A stretch of DNA of 64,000 nt from Felis catus (lineage: Eukaryota): NCBI RefSeq assembly GCF_018350175.1, contig NC_058369.1, positions 14,882,001 through 14,946,000 on the forward strand. The letters are read 5' to 3'. The notes under the pieces were generated by a model. The model saw nothing but the letters and a program-made list of their open reading frames with translations, did no database searches and was not told the origin of the DNA. Made by a program: the position numbers and the translations under genes. Shown here in pieces: positions 24,801 through 34,684 of the stretch; the stretch's first letter is position 1; each line of letters opens with the position of its first letter.

Positions 24801-26521
24801 TCAGATTTGAGATAGTTTATAATGAGGTTAGTAAGCGATTAGTTAGTAAATGACCAAAAGGGTTTACACAATTATTGCGAGATTATGAAGCGCTTAGCTT
24901 TGAGCTTCCTGGCAGCCGGGACAGAAAGAGACAAGCTACGCCTTCCAGCTTTAAGCAGCTTCCGGGAGATAGACATTGTCCCAGATCTAAATGTTAACAG
25001 GAATCCCTCGGGATTCCTGAAGAAGCTCACAGGATGAGGCACTGAAATGGATTTGCAAAGGGAAAGGAAGAAGTGATGAAATTGGAGGGTGGGGCGGGGC
25101 GGCGGGGAGGGAGACCGGCACCAAGATAAGAGTTTCTGAGTCCAGGCACTCAGAGCCTCTCTGGACCTCTTAAGTGTTTCAGGAACACAAAAAGCTCCTT
25201 GATGACATCACATCCTCTTAGAGCGAGCAAGGAGAGGGCACCAGATACCAAACACCGATCTGACTTGTGCTCTGCCCACACCCTGTGACCTCTAGGCCAG
25301 CGCCCCTGCCAAGTGAGGCCCCTTTGGCCTCTTTCTCTCTCCTTCCAGGCCTGTCCTTTTTACCCCATTTCCCATGGGAACCTCACCTCCAAGGCGGCCA
25401 TTCACACCTTTGTGTGCCATTTCCCTCTTCCCTTTTCTGCTCAAGCTCTACATGGACCCATTTCCTACTGTGTCGGAGGAAATGATTGCTAAATGGTCCA
25501 GAAAGCTGGGGGTGGTTGCAACTGTTCAACTGCAATTGTTACGACTGCAGGAAGAATTTCAAAGCTGGAAGCGGTCTGTTAACTGTTTGCGGAAGACTGT
25601 GAGAGACTTTTTGTCTTTAATTATAACCCAGCAATACTAACAAACCCAAATGGGAAACAATGCATACGTTGTTATATGTTGTTTATAACCTTTGCATATA
25701 GGTTCTCCTGCAGGACCGTATACAGCACGAATTCCTGAGATACAAAACATTATAATCCTGTTACGGAACTCCTTAGACCCCTTAGTGACACCTTTCTAAA
25801 AACAGACTCCCCTGCAGTGTTAGCAAGGAGCCCCAGGTTGATCTGTTTTCAGTGTGAGATCGAGGCTCCCAACTCGGCCCCAGGGCCTCCCACTCTCTCT
25901 GTACACACCGGGTTTTGCATAACATGTCATGTGCTGGGAGGGGAAAGGCAGGTGAGATGGGGCATGTATTTAGGACACGTTTGAGTTGCTTCATTTTGGG
26001 GCCCAGGTTTCTTTGGGGCCACTAGCGAAACACACGAATGAGCAGCAGACTGGTGTTTGGGGAATAGTCTTTGGTTCTCATTCATTTGGGATCGGCAGCC
26101 GTGAGAACCATTCGCTCCTGCATCCAAGTGCAAGGGGCTAGACCGGGGAGATCCCTGGAGAGGCCACGCAAGTCAATATGGGGTGAAAGGACACAGGCGT
26201 GAATGCCAGGGCAGAAGCCCTCCAGCTGCCCTCCTCCTGACATCCAGTTCCCTGACTCACATGCCTTCTAGACACCAATGACCTCAACCCTGCTGTCTGA
26301 TCCTGACCCTCCACCTGGCTACCTACTGCTTACCTGGCATCTCTGCTTATGTGTGATACACAGTTGGCCAGAACAGAAGCTTTGATTTCTCTCCAAAATC
26401 TGTTCTCCTAGATGTTCCCATTTACTAAATGGCACCAATAATCCCCTAGAGCTGCTCAAGCGAAGGCTCTGGATGGCACACTGTCCAGTCCCTCTCCATT
26501 CGGTCAATCAACCCTTCTGCA

Positions 26522-26699
26522 CAGAGCTTCTCAGACCTAGCTGAACACAAGGGACACCTGGGAGCTTTAAAGCACCCCAACACCCAGGGCTCTGCCCCAA
26601 ACCAATCAGAGCAGAATCTCTGGGGGCGGGGCCCGGGCACCGGTACTTTTTCAAAGCTCCCTAAAGTAGTCCAATGTGTAGCCAGGTTTGAGAATTAGT
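26522..26699. mobile_element. MER5-like hAT-Charlie element within L2 relics
   Basis: cagagcttctca...cagaatctctgggggcggggcccgggca...aagctccc...ccaggtttgagaa. Confidence 0.75.
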
Positions 26700-26874
26700 G
26701 GCTTAAAAGATACTCCAAATCCAATAGCTTCTGCCCAGATTCACAGCTCCCATTTTGGTCTGAGCCACTACCCTGTCCTGTGTGGGCCACTGCAATCCCG
26801 GTGATCTTCCTGGGTCTCTGCCCCACCTCCATCACAAGCACAAGGCAATGTTGTTTTAAAAATCAGGTTATGCT

Positions 26875-27089
26875 GGGGCGCCTAGGTGGCTCGGTCGGTT
26901 AACTGTCCAACTTCGACTCAGGTCATGATCTTGTAGTTCATGGGTTTGAGCCCCGCGTTGGGCTCTGTGCTGACAGCCCGGAGCCCGCTTCGGATTCTGT
27001 GTCTCCCCCTCTCTCTCTCTGCCCCTCCCCTGCTCGTACTCTGTCTCTTTCCCTGTCTCTCAAAATTAAATAAACATTAAAAAAAAAAA
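26875..27089 (+). mobile_element. CAN-SINE
   Basis: TSD aaaaatcaggtta. Confidence 0.92.
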
Positions 27090-27741
27090 TCAGGTTACAT
27101 CATGCCTCTCTGATGGCTTCCTGCTGCATTTAGGGTAAAGACCAAAGCTTTCGTGAGGCCCTCAGGGTCCCCAATCTGGCTTCTATCCACCTCTTCTGGC
27201 TCCTCTTGCCCCGACTCACCACGCTTTGGTCACCCAGGTCTTAGTCCTGTTCCTCAAACACCCCCAAGCACGAGCCCACCTCTGGGCCTTTGCACCTGCT
27301 CTCTCCTCTTCCCGGAAGGCTCTGCCCTCAAAGCTTCGTTTGCCTGACTCACAGCTTCGTGGTCTCAGCCAGGTGGCACTGCTCTGAGGTCTTCTCAGAC
27401 TCCCTTCAGGTAAAGAAGGCCCCCTGCGCCGCAGAAAAGTCACTGCCACATCACCTCGGTCACACCCTTCGATTGTCTCTAAAACACTCATTGCTGTTTG
27501 AAATTCCCTTGTTCTCATATGTCTTCACTGCCTGACCCCTGTGCCGGGACGCGAGCTTCAGGCGGGCAGGGGCGTCTGGTCTGACTTGCTCACAGCTGTG
27601 TCCATTGCTCAAAAAGGACCTTTCACAGAGGAGGCACTCAATGCACATGCCATTCATTGGATCCCATCCCGCGGTGCCCCCAGGGCTCCTCCTCACCACT
27701 GCCAGAGTGATCCCTGTAAAATGACACCTGTATCTTGCCAC

Positions 27742-27923
27742 TTTTTTTTTTTTTTTTTAATGTGCATTTATTTTTGAGAGAGAGACGGAGACACAGAATC
27801 CGAAGCAGGCTCCGGGCTCCGAGCTGTCAGCACAGAGCCCGATGCGGGGCTCGAACTCACAACCATGAGATCGTGACCTGGGCCGAAGTCCGACGCTTAA
27901 CTGACTAAGCCACCCAGGCACGC
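27742..27923 (-). mobile_element. CAN-SINE (shortened linker)
   Basis: Reverse-complement body with a T-rich tail. Confidence 0.9.
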
Positions 27924-29017
27924 CGCCACTCTTTTATTTAAAATCCTCAGGGGCTCTAGACTGCCCCTCGTCACCCAACTGCTTTGGCACTCCGCGCACA
28001 CCGCCAGCCCAAACCTATCGCCCTCCTAAGTTCCCACCATCGCAAACAGCTCCTGGGGGCCTCGAGGAGCCACATGCCTGCATTCCTGTCTTCGTCCATG
28101 TTACTCTCTCTGCCTGGCACACCATCAGTGTCCTCCCTCCCTACCGCCCGTCACCTCCCCCGACAGCATACACAGCGCTCACAAGACCTGGCTTGGGTGT
28201 GCCGAGCAGCCATCGCCGTCCAGACTGGTGAACGTCCCCGCCCTTGCTCTTCCACGGCAACTGGCGCTTTCCCCCGCCACAGCCTCAGTCGCACAGGGCT
28301 GGCCTCACCCGTCTTCTCTAGACAGAGGGCACCCCGGTCATAACCGGGCGCAGGCTTCCCCTCAATTATAAACCGTTCTCCTTACGTCGCTTTGCTTTTC
28401 CAAGAGACCTACTTTAGTACCTGCTTTTGCCAACCGAAACAAATCTGAAGAGGGTGTTTTGCTCTTACACAACGGCAACTGCTTCTTCGCTTTATGTGAT
28501 TCTAGCTCCTGACAGGTTTCCCGGGAGCTCTCTACTCTCAGATAGCAGGGGAAATCTGGACTTGGTTTCCTTCAGGCGCCGACTGTCTGGTGACCCCGCA
28601 GATGGTCCTGGCGCGAGAAGAGGCGCTATCTGGACGCGGAACTGCGCTGCGAAAGCTGCCTCTCCCCGGGGGATGGGGTAACACCCACCACCCGAACCCG
28701 CACGAAACGGAGCCCTCTGAGAAGGGAACCGGCCCGGGACCCAGGGTCTCGAGTGTGCTTTCCCCGGGGCTCACAGAAACAAAGTCTGTGCGGTGTCTTC
28801 CCTTTCCTAATTTAAACCCACTCGTCCTACGCACTCAGACAATGAAGCCACAGGAGGTCTTTATCAAATCACGCACTCTCCTTTCCCTACACAAGATAAT
28901 GAACGGGAACAGAGGATTTAATGCCAGGGTACACGACAGTCAATGGCCACTTGCACAGCTGGTGTATTTCGCTAAGTCCTCAGGCAGAACACCACCGCGT
29001 TCCCCACAGATATTCAC

Positions 29018-29115
29018 CAAGAGGCACTTGCTGCGGCCTGAAACAGGCTTGTCCAGCTTTTCAGGAAAAGGCGAGCCTCGCCCAAACAAAGTGAAGGCCA
29101 TTTCCGTGCAGGTTC
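29018..29115 (-). CDS. ZDHHC3: ZDHHC3 candidate alternative cassette exon (98 nt): (VR)TCTEMAFTLFGRGSPFPEKLDKPVSGRSKCLL
   Basis: Acceptor ttccag|GA, donor TTG|gtgaat. In frame only with the +4 donor of exon 2. The peptide resembles an insert I recall from a longer human ZDHHC3 isoform. Confidence 0.6.
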
Positions 29116-29547
29116 CTGGAATTGGATACGGCTTTAATTTCGAGAGCACCTAGCTGCAGTCCTGTCTTCGCCGGGAAGCCCCGGCCTGACCAAACTCCCC
29201 CCGGCCCCCGAGCATGCTTGCCACTCTGATGACCGGTCCCCGGTCGCCATGCTTATCGGGCTGAGCCTTTCTAACTAGAGGCTGGATTTCACCTGGACCG
29301 GAGCTCTCCCAGAGCAGCCTCCATTAACGTCTACATCAGTATACGGACAGAATCATTCGACCAAGACGGATACGCTGGGGCACAGATGGCGTCCTCCGGG
29401 GGCCCTGAGTCCACTTCCCCACCCCAGCCCTGGCCCTCCTGATCTCCACACGCCCAAGGTCCAGGGGAAGGAACATGCAGGCTGCGGCCATGCCAGGACC
29501 AGAGGAGCAGAGTGTGGGCCGGTCAAAACAAGCCCAGACATACTCAC

Positions 29548-29853
29548 GGGGTCCGTCAGCATGGCCCGGCAGTGGGAAGCCAGGGCCAAGAAGGCCAGCA
29601 GGTTGAACACGATTCCGTTGATGACGCTGTACACATAGTCTCGGGATGGAATCAGCATGACAAAGAGGACCACAAACTCCGCGTAAAGGACCAGAAACCA
29701 GGTGACAATGGCACAGGCAATGCCACAGCCGTCGCGGATAAACCACATGGTTCCCACAGGACCGGGGTGGGGAGGTGGGACGCACTTCTCCGGCTGGAGG
29801 TATTCTGGCTTCCGCTCAATGTCTCGGAAGTGGTGGGTGGGGATAAGCATCAT
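29548..29853 (-). CDS. ZDHHC3: ZDHHC3 first coding exon (exon 2, whole exon 29548-29877; 102 codons [23 protein letters not shown]...RAMLTDP), TM1-TM2
   Basis: Recognisable ZDHHC3/GODZ N-terminus. Acceptor tcttctcttccag| at 29877, donor CCC|gtgagt. Confidence 0.98.
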
Positions 29854-30032
29854 AAGCTATTTTGTCCATACTGGCATCTGGAAGAGAAGAAAGAACCCAG
29901 AAATTTGGTGTTGTCTTGTTATCAAGGAGACCTGACAAAATTATCTTTCCAAAGTGAGCCATGAGTGTCGATGTGCGAACTTCCCGCAGGAAAGCCGCCT
30001 AAACCTTCTGTTCATTTAAAATGTGAGTTCTT

Positions 30033-30599
30033 GGGGCGCCCGGGTGGCGCAGTCGGTTGAGCGTCCGACTTCGGCTCAGGTCACGATCTCGCGGTCCGTG
30101 AGTTCGAGCCCCGCGTCGGGCTCTGGGCTGATGGCTCAGAGCCTGGAGCCTGCTTCCGATTCTGTGTCTCCCTCTCTCTCTGCCCCTCCCCCGTTCATGC
30201 TCTGTCTCTCTCTGTCTCAAAAATAAATAAATGTTAAAAAAAAAAAAATTTAAAATGTGAGTTCTTGGGGCGCCTGGATGGCTCAGTTGACTGAGCGTCC
30301 AACTTCGGCTCAGCTCACGATCTCGCGATTCGTGAGCTCCAGCCCCGCGTCAGGCTCTGTGCTGACGGCTCAGAACCCGGAGCCTGCTTCGGATTCTATG
30401 TCTCTCTCTCCTCTGTCCCTCCCCTACTTTCTCTCTCTCTAAAAAGTAGATAAACATTAAAAAAATAATAATAATTAAATAAATAAATAAAATGTGAGTT
30501 CTTGGGACACCTGGCCGCTAGAGCATGTGACTCCTGATCTTGGGGTTGTGAGTCTGGGCCCCACGCTGGGCACTGAGTTTCCTTTAAAAAAAAAAAAAA
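30033..30599 (+). mobile_element. Three head-to-tail CAN-SINEs (starts 30033, 30267, 30504)
   Basis: Each is preceded by the same target sequence aaaatgtgagttctt. Confidence 0.93.
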
Positions 30600-31054
30600 G
30601 TGAGTTCTCAGCTCTCTTCCCTATTTCTGAGAGTTAACTTAGCCTTTGCAAAATAGGGCCACCTTGCCCAAAGCCTTCGCATGACAGATAATGAAAAGGG
30701 AGCCTTTGAAGGGCAAATGCCTCACCCAAGGTCAGCCAGACCAACAGCTACACACGGGACGCCAGCTCAGAAGTGGGACTAGAATGCGGGTCTCTTCATT
30801 TGTTAGGGGTCTGCTGGGAAGACAGTGTCTCAACAGATTATATTCCACTTGTGACTTCAAAGGCAAGATGGGGCACAGAGTGCCAAGCACTCTGGGAAAA
30901 CTCTTCAGTGTTAGCACTGCTGCCTCTACACCAAGGACAAACCCAGAGACTGATGTTGAGGCTGTCTGCGGTTAACAGGGATGAGCAGAACGAGAGTACC
31001 TGCTTCCCCAGAACCAGGCTTAAGCTGCAACCATTAAGCTGCAGTCTAACTTAC

Positions 31055-31295
31055 GGGGCGGGGGGGGGGGGGGGGGGCGCCTGGGTGGCTTAGTCAGTTG
31101 AGCATCTGACTTCAGCTCAGGTCATGATCTCATGGTTCGTGGGTTCAAGCCCCACATGGGGCTCTGTGCTAATAATAGCTTGGAGCTTGGAGCCTGCTTC
31201 AGATTCTGCGTCTCCCTCTCTCTCTGCCCCTCCCCCGCTTGTTCTCTCTCTCTCTCTCAAAAATGAATAAACATTAAAAATTAAAAAAAAAAAAG
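31055..31295 (+). mobile_element. CAN-SINE with expanded 5' G-run
   Basis: TSD ctaacttac. Confidence 0.9.
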
Positions 31296-32834
31296 ACATG
31301 CTAACTTACTACTGCATTAGCTGATGGTAAAGGCAAAACCTAGATAGGGAAGGTTCTCGAAACAAACCAGGCTTTTTAATCCTAGGGCCAAAACGGTTGA
31401 TTTTCCGGGAATAAGAGACTCCCTTAGCTCTGCCCTCCTCTTGGGTGACGGGGTCAAGTGGAGAATGTTGGACAATGAGTCCAACAATGTGTCCGCACTG
31501 CCTGGCTATGGGGCTCCATGAGCCTTGGTCGCCTCACCTGCCTCCTCACCCCAGACTCCTCGTCAAAGGGCTGGTGTGAGGGCCGATGGAGCAGGAGGTG
31601 CCCGTGATGAATCCCGTGGCCTGGAATAGCCCTTACACACCACGCACGTATTGTCTCTAGGAAAGACGTCCATTCCTTCCTAAACAAGCGCTGAGCAACA
31701 CGCCCCTTTTTCCTAACGGCTGCAGCTCGCGTCTCTGGAGACAGCAATGAAATAGCTAAGGATCGATAATGAAGTCTATCTGTCCACGGCACGCGCCACA
31801 AAACATAGCAAGTACAGATTTTCCTCCTCCGATTCTTTATCGTACACGTGGCGGCCTGTTGTATCACCAGGTGGGTTTCTCAGTCAGACACTGTGCCGGC
31901 GGGGGGGCTGACCCTGATGGCGGGGCCGCGGAGAAGCCGCCGTAGCACAGTCCGCAGCACAGCAAAGGACATCTTGGTCCTCTGAGAACGCTACTCACTT
32001 CGTAGCAGAGGAAATCGTTCAAAAGCAGCACTGGCGACGTGGGTTTTTCTGAAGACCGTGGCTCTAAAGGGCAAGTGCAAACTTTCAATGGTTGTGTCGG
32101 CTTTTTCTCACCCTTTGCCTTCTGCCTCCGCTGCCTGCTTCTGGACTGAATACGCTACCATCATGATGAGTACGGATGTGTCTAGAAAGCTGAGAGGGGA
32201 CAGCAGTAACTACTACTCAAAATGACAGACGTTCTGGAGTCAAACGCTGCACAGACTAGTAATGAAAGAACAAGGCCAGGGCCTCCCCTCCCAGCACGGC
32301 GGAGAATTGGTGCCCGAAAGGCAGCTAAACGTGTAGTGTGTACTTGTCCAAAGCAACATCGACTCAACGAATACTCAAGAGGGACTATCACATGCTGGGT
32401 ACCCTATGCTGGGAGCTGAGGAAAGAGAAGTCGCAACACACAGGGAATGACCGTCCCAAGTATGAGTAAGAGCAGCAGTTCCCAATAGGCCACCAACCAG
32501 AATCTTCTAACAAAGCAAGCCAGTGCTGTCCACAAGACAATGGCAATCAGTGTTGCCAGTGACAACTCAGAGGCATTAAAGATGCAAGCATACCTTCTGA
32601 AGCACCACACGGAAGGACTGCAGGAGCTCGTAGACAGGGATGTCTAGGACTCGACCTGGGCCCAGCAAATTCTAAAATTCCAAGCTCCGCTCAACCCAAA
32701 GCCAACAGGTGGAAGGCTGAAATCCCATGAAATCCCACCGCGATTCGAAAGCTGATCAAAGCTCCCCATTTTGACAATGCCCATGTTATTCCCTTGGTTT
32801 TTCCTGCTGCTGTACAGATTTGCGGGTACTCGGG

Positions 32835-33003
32835 CTCTAAACCAATCAAGTCGTATTGGACCACAGCCATGCCATTTGGACACATACTGTCTATGTCTGC
32901 TTTTGCCCTGCGTTGGCACCGCTGAGCAGCTGTGAGGGAGGCTGGCTGACCGGCCAGCCTGGAGTACTTACTCTCTATCTCAGTGCAGAAGTTTGCTGAC
33001 CTA
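32835..33003. mobile_element. MER58-like hAT-Charlie element
   Basis: tattggaccacagccatgccattt...tgtctatgtctgctttt...aagtttgctgacc. Confidence 0.75.
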
Positions 33004-33207
33004 CGGTTTCAGGCCGTTGTTAGCCACCCACTGAGCAGCTCAGTGTGACACTGGTGGTCGGTCACAACTCGCCCCACCCCTCCAACGTCTGTGGCAGCAT
33101 AACCTCCTGTCCTCTGCAGCCTGAGCGTCAGCTCAACTTGTGTGCTCCATCAAACTCTTCAATGATCAGAAAGGCGTGTGTGTGTTTTTTAAGTGTTTAT
33201 CCATTTT

Positions 33208-33423
33208 GGGGGCGCCTGGGTGGCTCAGTCGGTTAAGCGTCCGACGTCAGCTCAGGTCACGATCTCGCGGTCCGTGAGTTCGAGCCCCGCGTCGGGCTCT
33301 GGGCTGACGGCTCAGAGCCTGGAGCCTGCTTCCGATTCTGTGTCTCCCTCTCTCTCTGCCCCTCCTCCGTTCATGCTCTGTCTCTCTCTGTCTCAAAAAT
33401 GAATAAACGTTAAAAAAAAAAAA
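33208..33423 (+). mobile_element. CAN-SINE (SINEC_Fc-like, young)
   Basis: Near-consensus body with CpGs retained. Confidence 0.95.
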
Positions 33424-34619
33424 TTTAGAAATGAAAAATAAAAAATGCAAGTAAGATAAAGACAAAAAAAAAGCTACTGATAGCTGTCCCTGTCTTAAGT
33501 ACAATAACCGTCCATTTCTTTGGAGTGACTTAAGGTCATTACCCAGAGCATCAACTACTGGAGTGTGTTAGGTAATGATGTCCTCAGGGGTTACAGAGAT
33601 TCACTGCGGGCTCTCGGCCTCACACCAGCTGGCCTGTTCAGACTACTATAATTTTAATTCCAACGTCTCCTTTGTATGGTTGTCTTCCTGTTCCATTGCT
33701 GGCTACTGTCATTTCTGTGTCTACAGTGACTCCCGACAAATTGTCCATTTATGATCACTGACGGGCCGAAGGCTGGAAAACAAATGAAACTAAACCACGA
33801 TTAGATTTCTTTGTAACAGAAGGGTACTCCTTTTAGGTAATAGGACTTTAGGAAGGTGCTATGTTCTCCCACCGAACAGTTCCTGTGGGCTGGATGTCTT
33901 TTCATTAGCCCAGGGCCTGGCACATAGTGGCCACTTACTATGCGTGTCATTACACGAATGCTGGAGTAAAATGCCTTGAGTAAAAGGCCCACCTCTGGAG
34001 GCCCCGTGTGCCTTACTTTCAGGGGCATGGCCATATTCTAGATGGTGGAGGGTGCAGCAAGTAGGACTATGAAGTAGGTGGAGGGCCATAACTGGAATGT
34101 TCCATCCTTAAACAATGCGGGACCAGATGTGTATAGAGGAGCTCTGTTGTCCTGTTGCCCCTCGTTGGTGAGGGACGGTCTGCGATCTGGGAAAGCACTC
34201 GGCCAAGGGCACACCAGGCAGAGCTAGACACACCAAGTGTTGGGCTGAAGTTCACACTCTAACCCACACTTTAGAGTCTCAAAATACCCTGCTCAAAACC
34301 AATCAAGGCATACTGCTATAAAAAGTGCACCTAACCCCCAGGCCCCTTAAGAGCAATGCAGTAGTGTGCCAGTAAGGATTTGTTCCTTCAATGAGCCAAC
34401 TGAGAATCTGAGAAACACGGGGGAAAACTCACCTGGAACAAACTGCCCACCTTCCCTTCACTCTACCTCTGAAGACAACACTCAAAAAGCCAAACACTGA
34501 CCTCTTTTCCTTTTCTAGTTTGAATTGGGGAAACTCTAATCCTTGGGGGTGAGAAGTGGCTCTTTGCCCATAACCTACTCCCCACGTGAGAGTCCTTGCT
34601 TGCAAGAGTTGGGCAGAAT

Positions 34620-34684
34620 TGTTTGCTCGGGCCTCTGGGGCGTGCACGAAGTGTTTGCTCGGGCCTCTGGGGCGCACACGCAAG
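34620..34684. repeat. Tandem duplication, 32-bp period
   Basis: tgtttgctcgggcctctggggcg occurs twice, at 34620 and 34652. Confidence 0.9.

Noticed and set aside
25374..25640. 88-aa ORF with a coiled-coil-like stretch
   Set aside because: Antisense to ZDHHC3 intron 2, with no recognisable homolog or retrocopy hallmarks (poly-A, TSD).
30014..30609. Repeated 15-bp motif with long spacers, superficially array- or CRISPR-like
   Set aside because: The spacers are SINEs and the repeats are target-site duplications. This is eukaryotic DNA with no cas genes.
32404..32610. Hydrophobic 68-aa ORF resembling a small membrane protein
   Set aside because: No ATG start, no convincing splice sites, no recognisable homology, and it adjoins an L2-like relic.
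33208..33290. tRNA-like A/B box sequence at SINE heads
   Set aside because: These are tRNA-derived SINE promoters, not tRNA genes.
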